A stretch of DNA of 64,000 nucleotides from a bacterium (GCA_021788015.1 JAJYLD010000003.1:33772-97771), one strand, 5' to 3'. Counted from the stretch's first letter, positions 1 through 9,780 are shown. Notes: generated by a model from the letters alone, not told the origin. Numbers and translations: made by a program.

Positions 1-22
1 TCCTATTGTTTTGGACATAGTA

Positions 23-51
23 TTGACAAATTGATAAATTATGTTTATATA
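23..51 (+). promoter_or_regulatory. sigma70-like promoter (TTGACA-17-TATATA)
   Basis: TTGACA 23-28, 17-nt spacer, TATATA 46-51; AAGGGGG RBS then ATG at 79. Confidence 0.5.
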
Positions 52-78
52 TTATTAATTTTATTAAGGGGGATAAAA

Positions 79-246
79 ATGCGCAAGACCTCATGTGAGA
101 TCTTTTTTAACAATGCAAGCGGAATAAAAGAAAAGGTGGACAATTGGCTTAAAAAAAATCCTACGTTCGAGATAGTTGCAGCAACCCAATCCCAATCAGG
201 GGACTCGAGTTTTATTACACTAACCGTTTTTTACACACATCTCTAA
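79..246 (+). CDS. small hypothetical protein (55 aa)
   Basis: ORF-track frame 31..246 trimmed to ATG at 79 preceded by AAGGGGG; own promoter and terminator. Confidence 0.5.
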   Translation: MRKTSCEIFFNNASGIKEKVDNWLKKNPTFEIVAATQSQSGDSSFITLTVFYTHL

Positions 247-265
247 TCCCAATTCCTCTCACTTC

Positions 266-296
266 CCGCCACTCCTTTCGGATGGCGGTTTTTTTA
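266..296 (+). terminator. rho-independent terminator
   Basis: ccgcca (266-271) / tggcgg (283-288) stem followed by T-run. Confidence 0.7.
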
Positions 297-329
297 TTTG
301 ACTATCCTCACCCGGCGCTAATCGCGCCA

Positions 330-462
330 CCCTCTCCTAGTCAGGAGAGGGATTTTTCTATTCTTCCCCTCTCCAGACTTGGAGAGGGGCTAGGGGTAAG
401 GGCCTGTCTAGGAGAAGGGCGAGGGATGAGGCCAGGCTTGGAGAGGGGTAAGAGGTGAGGGC
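330..462. repeat. tandem G+C-rich palindromic repeat units (CCCTCTCC..GGAGAGGG, GGGGTRAGGG tail)
   Basis: units at 330-351, 366-403, 440-462; related copies at 13305-13389, 22726-22759, 62761-62820, 63961-63991. Confidence 0.7.
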
Positions 463-488
463 AATCCACAAATCTTGAAAACGGGGCT

Positions 489-1463
489 CTATTTCAACGC
501 ATCGGCTCCCGCGGATATCTCGGCTATTTCCGCCGTTATCGATGCTTGTCTTGCCTTGTTATAAAAGAGCGTCAATTCGTCTATCATCGAACCGGCCGCT
601 TCCGTCGCCTGATGCATAGCCGCCATGCGGGCGCTCTGCTCAGACGCATTCGATTCAAGCAAAGCCTGGTAAAGCTGAACTTCGACCAATCTTGGAATCA
701 TCTCGTCCAAAACTTCTCTCGGATTCGGTTCGAATGTATATTCATATTCGAACTTTTCGGTTTTCAAATGCTTTTCTTCTTTTTCTTTGATAAATCCCCT
801 TGTCGTTCCCACTCTCGTATCCTGACCGACAACCCCAAGGTAATGGTCCGCATGAGCGTTGATGTCGACCGGCAAAATCTGTTTTACTCTCGGCATTTGT
901 TTTACGGGGCTGACAAAATCGGTGTAAGCGACCATAATCCTGTCGTACCTTCCCGAAAGATAATCATTGATAATGTATTTCGCGATCGGAACCACTTCGG
1001 AGACTTCGGTAGCCAAATCAAGTTTTTCGAATTCGGCCACGATTTCATGGCCGTGACGGTAAATAGCGCTCCCCTTTTTGCCAATTAAAATAAATTCCGC
1101 GCCGATGGAATATTCCCTTCCTGCTTTATGGTGTTTCTTAATTGATTCATGAACCTTATTGATAATGGCGGTGTTGAATCCGCCGCACAATCCCCTGTTC
1201 GAGGTAATTAAAATTATTCCTACTTTTTTTATTTCTTCCCTTTTTGTCAAAAGCGGATGCAAATTGGTCCCATCCGCATTATTCAAGGCCCGTGACAAAT
1301 TCAAAACGGTCTCCCAGCTCAAATTGGCGTAAGTTCTGGTACGCAAAACCGCTTCGACCGCCTTGCGCATTTTCGCGGCCGAAACCATTTCCATGGCTCT
1401 CGTAATCTTTTTCGTATTCCTGACCGATTTTATTCTTCTTTGTATGTCTCTAGTACTTGCCAT
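489..1463 (-). CDS. atpG: F-type ATP synthase gamma subunit
   Basis: N-terminus MASTRDIQRRIKSVRNTKKITRAMEMVSAAKMRKA and C-terminal ITAEIAEISAGA are classic gamma motifs; follows atpA. Confidence 0.95.
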   Translation of the reverse strand: MASTRDIQRRIKSVRNTKKITRAMEMVSAAKMRKAVEAVLRTRTYANLSWETVLNLSRALNNADGTNLHPLLTKREEIKKVGIILITSNRGLCGGFNTAIINKVHESIKKHHKAGREYSIGAEFILIGKKGSAIYRHGHEIVAEFEKLDLATEVSEVVPIAKYIINDYLSGRYDRIMVAYTDFVSPVKQMPRVKQILPVDINAHADHYLGVVGQDTRVGTTRGFIKEKEEKHLKTEKFEYEYTFEPNPREVLDEMIPRLVEVQLYQALLESNASEQSARMAAMHQATEAAGSMIDELTLFYNKARQASITAEIAEISAGADALK

Positions 1464-1519
1464 TCATTTATTATTAACGTGTTCACGAGTTAACAAGTTT
1501 GTAACCCGTTAATAAACAA

Positions 1520-3037
1520 TTACAATGTTGATTTATAGTCTTTTATCAAAATTTTCATTTTCTCTTCCGTCTCCGCACTTAAATCTCCCGTCTTAACGAT
1601 TTCACTCAAAATGTCCTTGCCGTTATTTTCCGCGTATTCGCGCAGACCGGTTTCGAATTCTTGAACTTTGCTTACGTCAACATCATCGATAAAACCGTTG
1701 ATTAACGCGAAGAAAACCAAAACTTGATGGGCGACTGGAAGCGGGGAGTATTGATCCTGCTTGAAAATTTCGGTCAATCTTTTTCCTCTTTCAAGTTTCG
1801 CTTGCGTTTCCGCGTCCAAATCCGATCCGAACTGAGCGAAAGCCGCCAATTCCCGATACTGCGCCGCTTCGAGGCGCATTTTCCCGGCCACCTTTCTCAT
1901 GGCTCTGATTTGCGCGTCTCCGCCGACGCGGGAAACGGAAAGACCGGCGTTAACGGCGGGGCGGTTGCCTTGATAGAACAAATCCGGTTCCAAATAAATC
2001 TGGCCGTCGGTAATGGAAATAACATTTGTCGGAATATACGCGGAAACATCTCCGGCTTGAGTTTCGATTATCGGCAAAGCCGTGATCGAACCGCCGCCGA
2101 ATTCTTTATTTAATTTGCATGATCTCTCCAAAAGTCTCGAATGAAGATAAAAAACGTCTCCCGGATAAGCTTCGCGTCCCGGCGGTCTTCGGAGCAACAG
2201 GGAAATTTCACGATAAGCGACCGCATGTTTCGATAAATCATCATAAATTATTAAAACGTCTTCTCCTTTGTCCAAGAAATATTCGGCCATGGCGGTTCCG
2301 GCGTATGGCGCTATATACAATAAGGAAGCGGGGTCGGATGCGCCCGCTAAAATAACGGTTGTGTATTCCATGGCGCCCGCTTGCTCCAATTTGGCGACAA
2401 TGTTTGCGATTTTCGATTCTTTTTGACCAATGGCGATATAAATGCATTTCATGTTCTGACCTTTCTGATTGATGATGGCATCAATGGCGATCGCTGTTTT
2501 CCCGATTTGTCTGTCGCCGATAATCAATTCTCTTTGGCCGCGACCGATCGGAATCATGGCGTCGATCGCTTTTATTCCCGTTTGCACCGGTTGGTTTACA
2601 CCCTGACGAGTGATGACTCCGGGCGCGATTTTTTCGATTGGGTAAAAAATGTTCGATTCGATTTTTCCTTTTCCGTCCAAAGCTTCTCCTAAAGGATTGA
2701 TTACTCTCCCGATTACGCCTTCGCCGACCGGCACTTCGAGAATCTTTCTGGTCGCCTCGACTTCCGTTCCCTCTTTTACGCCCGCAAAATCTCCGAGAAT
2801 GATGGCGCCGACCGAATCCTCTTCGAGATTCAAGGCCACTCCGAAAACATCTTCCGCATCGGTCCACGTTTTAAAAAGAAGCATCTCCGACATCATCACG
2901 TCGGAGAGACCGGAAATTTTCGCGATCCCGTCCCCGATCTCCAAAACATGTCCGACGGTTTTCCTTTTCGCTTCGGATTTGAATTCCGCGATTTTGTTTT
3001 TGAGTTGTTCAACAATAAAATCTTTGGTAGTAGACAT
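1520..3037 (-). CDS. atpA: F-type ATP synthase alpha subunit
   Basis: Walker A GDRQIGKT, conserved alpha core; start trimmed to MSTTKDF (ATG at 3037). Confidence 0.97.
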   Translation of the reverse strand: MSTTKDFIVEQLKNKIAEFKSEAKRKTVGHVLEIGDGIAKISGLSDVMMSEMLLFKTWTDAEDVFGVALNLEEDSVGAIILGDFAGVKEGTEVEATRKILEVPVGEGVIGRVINPLGEALDGKGKIESNIFYPIEKIAPGVITRQGVNQPVQTGIKAIDAMIPIGRGQRELIIGDRQIGKTAIAIDAIINQKGQNMKCIYIAIGQKESKIANIVAKLEQAGAMEYTTVILAGASDPASLLYIAPYAGTAMAEYFLDKGEDVLIIYDDLSKHAVAYREISLLLRRPPGREAYPGDVFYLHSRLLERSCKLNKEFGGGSITALPIIETQAGDVSAYIPTNVISITDGQIYLEPDLFYQGNRPAVNAGLSVSRVGGDAQIRAMRKVAGKMRLEAAQYRELAAFAQFGSDLDAETQAKLERGKRLTEIFKQDQYSPLPVAHQVLVFFALINGFIDDVDVSKVQEFETGLREYAENNGKDILSEIVKTGDLSAETEEKMKILIKDYKSTL

Positions 3038-3057
3038 ATGTTTAATTTGCGATTTAC

Positions 3058-3101
3058 GATTTGCAATTTTCAATTTAAATTGAAAATCGACAATTGCAAA
3101 T
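3058..3101. repeat. AT-rich intercistronic hairpin (atpH/atpA gap)
   Basis: perfect 20-nt palindrome ttttcaatttaaattgaaaa (3067-3086) extended by ttgcaa/ttgcaaat arms. Confidence 0.7.
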
Positions 3102-3111
3102 TGAAAATAAA

Positions 3112-3513
3112 TTATTTTATCATGTTTTCTTTCAACTCTTTAATCCTTGCCTTCAAACTGCCGTCCATAACCTGATCTTCGTACTTTATAACCACTCCGC
3201 CCAAAATACTTTTATCCACTTTTTCGGTTAATGCCACTTCTTTGGCCCCGGAAAGCTTTTCGACATAATCTTTAACTAACTTTAAAACGTCTTTATCCAA
3301 TTCTCTCGCGCTTGTCACTTCGGCTTCGACGACTCCATGATTCCTATCCCAAATTTTTATAAATTCGTTTAAAATTTTTTCAATTTTTAAAAAATCGTTG
3401 TTCTCTTTCAAAATTCCCACGAATTTTTTTATAACAGATTTAATCTCGTCCGCAGTTTTATCAACTACGGATTCATAAAGGCTTTCTGCGTATTGTCTAA
3501 TGGTAACTTTCAT
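3112..3513 (-). CDS. atpH: F-type ATP synthase delta (OSCP) subunit
   Basis: operon position between atpF and atpA, size, C-terminal [20 protein letters not shown] motif; start trimmed to MKVTIRQY. Confidence 0.8.
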   Translation of the reverse strand: MKVTIRQYAESLYESVVDKTADEIKSVIKKFVGILKENNDFLKIEKILNEFIKIWDRNHGVVEAEVTSARELDKDVLKLVKDYVEKLSGAKEVALTEKVDKSILGGVVIKYEDQVMDGSLKARIKELKENMIK

Positions 3514-3520
3514 TTTAACA

Positions 3521-3580
3521 GACGAGACGACAGACGACAGACGACAGAAAATTCCTGTTATCTGTTTTCCGTTGTCTGTC
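3521..3580. repeat. word hairpin (gacagac repeats) in atpF/atpH gap
   Basis: gacgagacgacagacgacagacgacag vs ctgttatctgttttccgttgtctgtc, imperfect inverted arms. Confidence 0.6.
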
Positions 3581-4067
3581 ATCTAATTATTTTCTTAATC
3601 AATTCTTTATCTTTTTTAACATCAACTCTTTCTTCAAGAATTTTTTCAAGCGAAGCGAGAACCAAATCGGAAACTTCGTTTCTAATTTCTTTCAAGGTCT
3701 GCGCCTTCTCCGCTTGCATTTTCTCTTTTTCCTGATTTATAATTTGGCCGATTTCTTCTTTTGAGCGGGCTATGATATCCTTTTTTCTTTCCTCGGCCTG
3801 CGCGCCCGCTTTCGCCAAAATTTCGTTAGCTTCTTTTTTCGCTTTCGCCATTATGACGTTGTACTCTTCGTTGGTCTGAAGCAATTTTTCCTCGATTGTC
3901 TTCGCGTCTTCCATGCTCTTTTCGATCTTTTTCGTTCTTTCCTGCATCACTTTCACGAGAGGTTTTAAGGCGAAATAATACAAAACCGCGAAAACAATCG
4001 CGAAATTTATTGCTTGAGCCAATAACAAACCCGTATCGATATGAAATGTTTCAATTAAAGATTCCAT
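3579..4067 (-). CDS. atpF: F-type ATP synthase b subunit
   Basis: N-terminal TM helix then long charged coiled coil; operon position. Confidence 0.85.
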   Translation of the reverse strand: MESLIETFHIDTGLLLAQAINFAIVFAVLYYFALKPLVKVMQERTKKIEKSMEDAKTIEEKLLQTNEEYNVIMAKAKKEANEILAKAGAQAEERKKDIIARSKEEIGQIINQEKEKMQAEKAQTLKEIRNEVSDLVLASLEKILEERVDVKKDKELIKKIIR

Positions 4068-4070
4068 AGC

Positions 4071-4174
4071 AATTTTTAATTTTATAATTTTTAATTTTTA
4101 AATAATTTTTAATATCCAAATTTTAAAAATTAGAATATTATTTACAAAATTATAAAATTAAAAATTAAAATTTT
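4071..4174. repeat. long AT-only hairpin (atpE/atpF gap)
   Basis: aatttttaattttataatttttaattttta (4071-4100) pairs with aaaattataaaattaaaaattaaaatttt (4146-4174). Confidence 0.65.
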
Positions 4175-4238
4175 AATAATTTTACCACTACCCCGCGCAA
4201 ATTTACCGGGGCAGTCCGTAAAATCACTAATTCGTGAA

Positions 4239-4543
<305 letters not shown>

Positions 4544-4551
4544 AAAATTTT

Positions 4552-5385
4552 TTAATGTTCTTCTTTCGTCGTATTTATGGTTAAATATGCCAAAATCAAC
4601 ATTGCAAAAATCAAAGCCTGGATTAAGCCGACAAGAACTTCAAGAAACATAAACGGAACGGGCAAACCGAAAGCCAAAATTGCGGACATGGAGGCGAGTA
4701 GAACTTCGCCGGCAAAAATGTTTCCGAAAAGACGAAATGACAAGCTCATAACTTTTGCGATTTCTCCGATAATTTCAATAAAACCGACAAAAATTTTAAT
4801 CGGGTTAACAATTAAAACGGTTAAGTCCCCTCTTATCTTTTCCGGTATTTCCAAAATCGCTTTTATGTTTATAAATTTATTGAAATGATGCCAAGCTCCG
4901 ACTGTCGTAACTCCGATGATATGGCTTACAACAACCCCGATTATGGCCAATGACAAGGTGGCGTTCAAATCGGCCATGCCGCCGCGAAAATACGGAACAA
5001 AAACATTATTTCCGTTCTCGGCGACAACCTTTCCGACCGAACCGATACCGGGCAGAAGTCCGAGCCAATTGTTTAAAAGAATAAAAACAAAAAAAGTGAA
5101 AACGAACGGAAAAAACATCAATGATCTTTCCCTCGATCCGGTTACAGAATCGAAAATCCCCAAAAAACCGTCGATAACCGTCTCGAAAGCGTTTTGAATT
5201 CCGCGAGGAACGGTCCTAAGATTCAAACGAATCGCCAAACTGAAAATTACGATCAAAAAAACAACCAGCCATGAATTTAAGAGAGAATTGGTCACATGAA
5301 AATTGCCGATATTAAAAATCGGTTCGGCGAACATCGTGGTGTCGTGAACAATTGCGGTATTCGATTGTGTTGGAAGTTGCGCCAT
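4552..5385 (-). CDS. atpB: F-type ATP synthase a subunit
   Basis: multi-TM protein with LSFRLFGNIFAGE motif (essential Arg). Confidence 0.92.
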   Translation of the reverse strand: MAQLPTQSNTAIVHDTTMFAEPIFNIGNFHVTNSLLNSWLVVFLIVIFSLAIRLNLRTVPRGIQNAFETVIDGFLGIFDSVTGSRERSLMFFPFVFTFFVFILLNNWLGLLPGIGSVGKVVAENGNNVFVPYFRGGMADLNATLSLAIIGVVVSHIIGVTTVGAWHHFNKFINIKAILEIPEKIRGDLTVLIVNPIKIFVGFIEIIGEIAKVMSLSFRLFGNIFAGEVLLASMSAILAFGLPVPFMFLEVLVGLIQALIFAMLILAYLTINTTKEEH

Positions 5386-5419
5386 TTTTCAATTTTTTTA
5401 TTCATTATTAATTTAACAA

Positions 5420-5710
5420 TTATTTCTTTTTACCTTTTTTTTCCTCTTCGTCTATCTTTTTGTACTCATCTTCCGCGTCCTTGACCAACCTGAACATGGA
5501 GAAGATAAACGCAATCCCCACACTTGCGAGAAAAAGCCAAGGCTCGGTATGGAATGCCTTGTCGAGCCATTTTCCGATCATTACTCCGATTAAAACCGGA
5601 ATTACTATCCAGAGTGACAATTTCGAAAAAAGTATCAGGGCGGGTTCCCACCAACTTTTTGTTTTTTTCCGGTTTGCATCTTTTTTATTTTCGTTTTTGT
5701 CTTCGTTCAT
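5420..5710 (-). CDS. AtpZ/AtpI-like small membrane protein
   Basis: two predicted TM helices, immediately upstream of atpB; start trimmed to MNEDKNEN. Confidence 0.5.
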   Translation of the reverse strand: MNEDKNENKKDANRKKTKSWWEPALILFSKLSLWIVIPVLIGVMIGKWLDKAFHTEPWLFLASVGIAFIFSMFRLVKDAEDEYKKIDEEEKKGKKK

Positions 5711-5914
5711 AAAACAATAAACAAGGGCTTTTTTGTCCTTGATTTTTAGAATTTGTCTCAAAAATAGCTTTTAGTCTTTTTCTAAGGATTTTCGAGCAAA
5801 CCCGCTTGCTCGCCCAGTATTTTGGCGAGGCAGGCAGCCGGATAAAAACTAAAAAAACCAAAAATTATTTTTTAAGACATTCTTAGTAAAAATATGGATT
5901 TTTCACCCATATTT

Positions 5915-5942
5915 ATGATACAATTTCCCCCCTAAATGTCAA
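5915..5942 (-). promoter_or_regulatory. candidate atp operon promoter (TTGACA-16-TATCAT)
   Basis: reverse complement of 5937-5942 = TTGACA, of 5915-5920 = TATCAT, 16-nt spacer. Confidence 0.5.
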
Positions 5943-5949
5943 TACTTTT

Positions 5950-6396
5950 TTACTTTTCATCCAGGTCGCCTTCGGGCATGCCCGCTCCCGCACCCCATTT
6001 CTCTCTAATTTTACCGCTTTTCTCAACACGAAAACCGGTTTTTTCTAATTTTTTTTGGGGAGATTTGTTTTCAGAAGATATGTAGCCCTTTTCTTCATCT
6101 GCGTAATATTTCAATCCCATGTTTTCCAATTTGGCTTTTATTTTATCGCTCAAGGTATGATATCTTTTTCCGGAAATGGGAATTTCATCAATATATCCGT
6201 CGTCCGGCAAATCTATTATTATCCGATAAATATAGGCGTCATTAAAACGGTCGCCGCCTTTCGGTTTTTCTTTTTGAAAAAATTTTTCAACTCCTTCTTC
6301 TATTTTTTGATCTCTTTCTAGAATCTCGCCCTTCTTTTTGGCGAAATCAATCGGTTCATCTCTTAACGGCAAATCTAATTGTTTTTCATTGATCAT
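5950..6396 (-). CDS. hypothetical protein (148 aa, highly charged)
   Basis: clean ORF between dnaJ and atp promoter; no motif recognised. Confidence 0.5.
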   Translation of the reverse strand: MINEKQLDLPLRDEPIDFAKKKGEILERDQKIEEGVEKFFQKEKPKGGDRFNDAYIYRIIIDLPDDGYIDEIPISGKRYHTLSDKIKAKLENMGLKYYADEEKGYISSENKSPQKKLEKTGFRVEKSGKIREKWGAGAGMPEGDLDEK

Positions 6397-6487
6397 ATTA
6401 ATGCACGGAGAACGAGAAGATAAATAAGAATGGAAGAATTTTTTGTTTTATTCTTCTTGTTTTAAATATTTGTAAATTTGTATCCGG

Positions 6488-7564
6488 TTAAATTCCCAAA
6501 TTTTTTAATTTTTCTCTTTGATCGCGATTTAAGCCGGTCGGCGTTTTTACGATCACTTCGACAAGATGATCGCCTCGACCGCGCCCTTGCAGCTTGGATA
6601 CGCCTTTGCCCTTAAGTTTAAACACGGTTCCCGATTGGGTTCCTTCCGGTATTTTTAGACTGACCGGGCCGTCGATTGTTTCTACATCTATTTTATCACT
6701 CAATGCGGCTTGAGTAAAATTGATATTTACTTTCGAAATAATGTCGTCGCCTTCGCGTTCAAATCTTTTGTCTTCGCGCACTCTTACGCGCACATACAAA
6801 TCTCCGGCCGGTGCGCCTTTTTGCCCCGCTTCGCCCTGACCGGAAAGACGAATCGTCTGATTATTATCGATGCCGGCGGGAACTCTTATTCTTAAAGTCG
6901 CGCGTTCCTTAACCGTTCCCATACCTCTGCATTTTGAGCACTTTTCGTAAATTTTTCCTTCCCCTCCGCAATCCGAGCACGCCATCTGCACCTGCATGCT
7001 CCCGAAAATCGTTCTTTGCACTTTGGTAACATGTCCCGTTCCGCCGCAGACTTTACAAGTTTCAACTTTTTCTCCGGCTTCCTGTCCTGTGCCTTTACAT
7101 TTCCGGCATTGGATATTTTTTTCGATGGTGATTTCTTTTTCCGTTCCGAAAACCGCTTCTGTAAAATCAACGGTTAGGGTTACCTCTACATCGCTTCCTT
7201 TCCTCGCCCTGCTTGTTCTTCTCCCGCCGAAACCGAAAATATCGCCCAATCCGCCGAACATGTCGCCCAAATCGCCCATATCGAAGCCCTCGGCGAAATT
7301 TGAAAAATCGCGAAAGCCTTCGAAGCCGTGAAATCCCCCGCCCGCTTGCGCGTGTTCAAAGGTTGAGCCGAACCGATCGTATTGGGCTCGTTTTTTCGGA
7401 TCGCCCAAAACTTGATAGGCCTCGTTTATTTCTTTGAATCTTTCTTCGTTGCCGCCTTCTTTGTCCGGATGATATTGATGCGCCAACTTACGAAAAGCTT
7501 TTTTAATTTCATCCTGGGAAGCGTTTTTTTCAACGCCGAGAATTTTATAATAATCTTTTGCCAT
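6488..7564 (-). CDS. dnaJ: molecular chaperone DnaJ
   Basis: J domain with HPD (YHPDKEGGN), G/F region, four CxxCxG zinc-finger repeats. Confidence 0.97.
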   Translation of the reverse strand: MAKDYYKILGVEKNASQDEIKKAFRKLAHQYHPDKEGGNEERFKEINEAYQVLGDPKKRAQYDRFGSTFEHAQAGGGFHGFEGFRDFSNFAEGFDMGDLGDMFGGLGDIFGFGGRRTSRARKGSDVEVTLTVDFTEAVFGTEKEITIEKNIQCRKCKGTGQEAGEKVETCKVCGGTGHVTKVQRTIFGSMQVQMACSDCGGEGKIYEKCSKCRGMGTVKERATLRIRVPAGIDNNQTIRLSGQGEAGQKGAPAGDLYVRVRVREDKRFEREGDDIISKVNINFTQAALSDKIDVETIDGPVSLKIPEGTQSGTVFKLKGKGVSKLQGRGRGDHLVEVIVKTPTGLNRDQREKLKNLGI

Positions 7565-7746
7565 AATTGAAGAATGTATTGGTTTATGCTATACTTTTTT
7601 CGCTCTTTGGAAGAGCGGGCTTATCGTTCGCCCTGGAAAACGATATTTTCCAGAAGAACGGTGCGCGGGGGTCGGATTTTATTCGACCCCCTCTTTACAT
7701 TTTTAAAATTTTGTATAAAGATAAAGAAAAAACATGGGAGGGCTCT

Positions 7747-8265
7747 ATGAACCTTAATAATCTTTACTTCTCACGCAGATGCGAGCTCAAAGGTCTGATT
7801 GATCGCCTTGATAAAAAAGAACGGCATTTTTTCCTTTTCTGTCTTTATAAAATAGCCGATGCCGCCGATTTGATTTTTGAAAATCAGGAAGTTGGCTGTC
7901 ATACTCTTTATAAAATCATTATGCATCTTGTCGATTACCGGATTTATATGGAAATAAACAGAAATATTTTTCTTCCGCTGGATATTTCCATAAACGACTT
8001 TGAATCAGAAATTTACAGAATGCGGGAAACGTGCAGAAACATTACAACGGGAATCAATGCCAAAGACACCCTTTACCAAATTATGCTCGCGTACGCAATA
8101 ATGGGCCAATGCCATGAACGCGGTAAAAATATCCACTGCATCTATCAAGTTTTTGTAAAGGATTCGCCTGAAATTTTTCGCTTTCGGGCGCCCGCTCTTA
8201 TCGCAGATTTTGGTTTTGAGGATATTGAAAACATCCTTTCACAAATCCCGCCGGACAATGAATAG
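7747..8265 (+). CDS. hypothetical protein (172 aa)
   Basis: ORF 7567..8265 begins at TTG inside hairpin-rich DNA; ATG at 7747 has GGGAGGG RBS 6 nt upstream. Confidence 0.5.
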   Translation: MNLNNLYFSRRCELKGLIDRLDKKERHFFLFCLYKIADAADLIFENQEVGCHTLYKIIMHLVDYRIYMEINRNIFLPLDISINDFESEIYRMRETCRNITTGINAKDTLYQIMLAYAIMGQCHERGKNIHCIYQVFVKDSPEIFRFRAPALIADFGFEDIENILSQIPPDNE

Positions 8266-8277
8266 TCCGGTTTTTTT
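8251..8277 (+). terminator. rho-independent terminator
   Basis: ccggac (8251-8256) / gtccgg (8265-8270) followed by seven T. Confidence 0.75.
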
Positions 8278-8551
8278 ATGCTTTAAATCCGATTTCTTTG
8301 TCGATGTCCGCCGCTTCTTTTATTTCGCCGAATTGGCTTTCATATCTTTTTAAATTTTCATCCATGGCCCTGATCAATCTTTTAAAATGACCCGGACTTG
8401 TGATAACTTTTGAAACGACTTTTCCGGAGATACCGGCGATGTTCGCGAAGATCATCTGAAATTCTTCTTTGTTGTGCGTGATCTGCGCAAGGTTAGTATA
8501 CTCCGCTCCCGGAATATTGTCATTAATTTGAATTTCTTGTGGTTTTTGCAT
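8276..8551 (-). CDS. DUF3467-like protein
   Basis: YTNLAQITHNKEEFQMIF ... SPGHFKRLIRAMDENLKRYESQFG resembles DUF3467 family pattern (recognised by eye). Confidence 0.6.
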   Translation of the reverse strand: MQKPQEIQINDNIPGAEYTNLAQITHNKEEFQMIFANIAGISGKVVSKVITSPGHFKRLIRAMDENLKRYESQFGEIKEAADIDKEIGFKA

Positions 8552-8562
8552 ATATTTTACAA

Positions 8563-8590
8563 TCTGTCATCCCGGGCCTGACCCGGGATC
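8563..8590. repeat. solo TGTCATCC hairpin repeat
   Basis: ctgtcatcccgggcctgacccgggatcc; 8 nt downstream of stop of 8598..9050. Confidence 0.75.
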
Positions 8591-8597
8591 CAAAAAA

Positions 8598-9050
8598 TTA
8601 TTTATTTTGAATGAATATTTTTAATGATTCCCAATTTTTTAAATATTCGTATTTAATTCTTAGATCACAAAAATTAGCAACACCTTTTTTGGCCAGTTCA
8701 TCAACATCTTTTAAAACAGTTTCGAATTTTTCTTCAAGGTCTTTATTTCTGCTCTCTAAAGCTTCGTCAGTGGAATATGGAAAATTATTTTTTTCCAATT
8801 TATCATTTGAAGAGTCGGCTATATAAACTTCGCATTCCTCATTTAACAAATCCTTAACCGCCAAAAGATTGTGACCATCGATAGCTATATACCCTTCTTT
8901 ACTTGGATGCTTTCGAATTATCGGTGCCGGTGGCAAATCGTTTAATTTATTTTCAAGGATTAACAAGCCGATATGTCTAATCGTTTTTTCTTTCAAAAAA
9001 TCCTGAGACGGTTTGATTAGGGACGTTTTTATTTTTATTAATTTCCCCAT
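8598..9050 (-). CDS. hypothetical protein, possible ParB/Srx-like fold
   Basis: IKPSQDFL ... YIAIDGHNLLA loosely resembles ParB-like nuclease domain signatures; weak. Confidence 0.4.
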   Translation of the reverse strand: MGKLIKIKTSLIKPSQDFLKEKTIRHIGLLILENKLNDLPPAPIIRKHPSKEGYIAIDGHNLLAVKDLLNEECEVYIADSSNDKLEKNNFPYSTDEALESRNKDLEEKFETVLKDVDELAKKGVANFCDLRIKYEYLKNWESLKIFIQNK

Positions 9051-9052
9051 AT

Positions 9053-9505
9053 TTATCTTCCTCCTTCCAAATAAACTTTTTTCGATTTTATGAATGATGA
9101 TCGAATTCGTAAAGCCAAGGTTTTACTTAACTTTGGCAAAGCCTTCCCGATCGGTTCAAATTTAAAATCAGACAATTCTTTTTTCGGTAATTTTATTTTC
9201 TTAATTTGGTTTTCATTCAAAATTCCTCCGTAAAAAATAAATTGTAAACTTTCTGTTTTATTTTCTTCTTGATGTTTGTAATCTACACAAACGAAATCTA
9301 AACTTTTTATTTTTAAATTTATTTCTTCTCCAATCTCTCGTGTGCATGCTGCTCTCGGCGATTCATTTTCATCCACAACTCCGCCGGGAATGGACCAGTA
9401 ATCTTTATAAGTTGGTTTCACTATAAGCAACTCTTTCTTCTTATTAAAAAATAAAGCACCGACTCCGACTCTTTTTTTCGGTAAAGTTTTATAATAATTT
9501 TTCAT
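9053..9505 (-). CDS. NUDIX hydrolase
   Basis: Nudix box GGVVDENESPRAACTREIGEEINL. Confidence 0.85.
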   Translation of the reverse strand: MKNYYKTLPKKRVGVGALFFNKKKELLIVKPTYKDYWSIPGGVVDENESPRAACTREIGEEINLKIKSLDFVCVDYKHQEENKTESLQFIFYGGILNENQIKKIKLPKKELSDFKFEPIGKALPKLSKTLALRIRSSFIKSKKVYLEGGR

Positions 9506-9515
9506 TTTAATTTTT

Positions 9516-9543
9516 TTGTCATCCCGGGCTTGATCCGGAATCC
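9516..9543. repeat. solo TGTCATCC hairpin repeat
   Basis: ttgtcatcccgggcttgatccggaatccc; 8 nt downstream of stop at 9551. Confidence 0.75.
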
Positions 9544-9550
9544 CAAAAAA

Positions 9551-9694
9551 TTATCTCAGCAACGCTTTTATACTTTTTGGCATTTCACGGCAAGCGCAAT
9601 TTTTCGCGTGCGCTTTGTGCCATTCTATTCTTTGCTTTAATGTTGGATTTTTGGGCATCTTGTTTTTCAGATGCCATTCTTTATTTATTTTCAT
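9551..9694 (-). CDS. small protein (47 aa) MKINKEWHLKNKMPKNPTLKQRIEWHKAHAKNCACREMPKSIKALLR
   Basis: ATG..TAA ORF below the 60-aa track cutoff, translated by hand; fills dnaK/Nudix gap. Confidence 0.5.
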   Translation of the reverse strand: MKINKEWHLKNKMPKNPTLKQRIEWHKAHAKNCACREMPKSIKALLR

Positions 9695-9737
9695 AATCAT
9701 TTACGGTATAAGTCGATTCCCACTCTCTGCGGTTTTC

Positions 9738-9780
9738 GCAAAATATCCGTGTGGGAACAGAGCATGCCCTGTTCCCACGG
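9738..9780 (-). terminator. terminator after dnaK
   Basis: gtgggaacag (9751-9760) / ctgttcccac (9769-9778) stem; on minus strand followed by atatttt. Confidence 0.6.

Noticed and set aside
546-3083. Many long ORFs antisense or out of frame within atpG/atpA (e.g. 546..1088+, 1724..2113+, 2481..2867-, 2649..3083+)
   Set aside because: They overlap strongly supported ATP synthase genes and have low-complexity Arg/Ser/Pro-rich translations. They carry no motifs. Such ORFs are typical of the G+C-richer conserved genes here. The same applies to similar ORFs inside dnaK, purA, guaB, secA, secD, mrdA and the giant protein gene.
3521-3580. Reiterated short words (gacagac, ctacttcc, aaattc and others) as possible CRISPR arrays or microsatellites
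   Set aside because: There are no regularly spaced identical repeats with unique spacers. The words are arranged as inverted arms of hairpins, and no cas genes are present.
7567-7746. N-terminal 60 codons of ORF 7567..8265 (TTG start)
   Set aside because: The region is made of three consecutive hairpins: gctctttggaagagc, ctggaaaacgatattttccag and gggggtcggattttattcgaccccc. It lacks an RBS, whereas the ATG at 7747 has GGGAGGG upstream.
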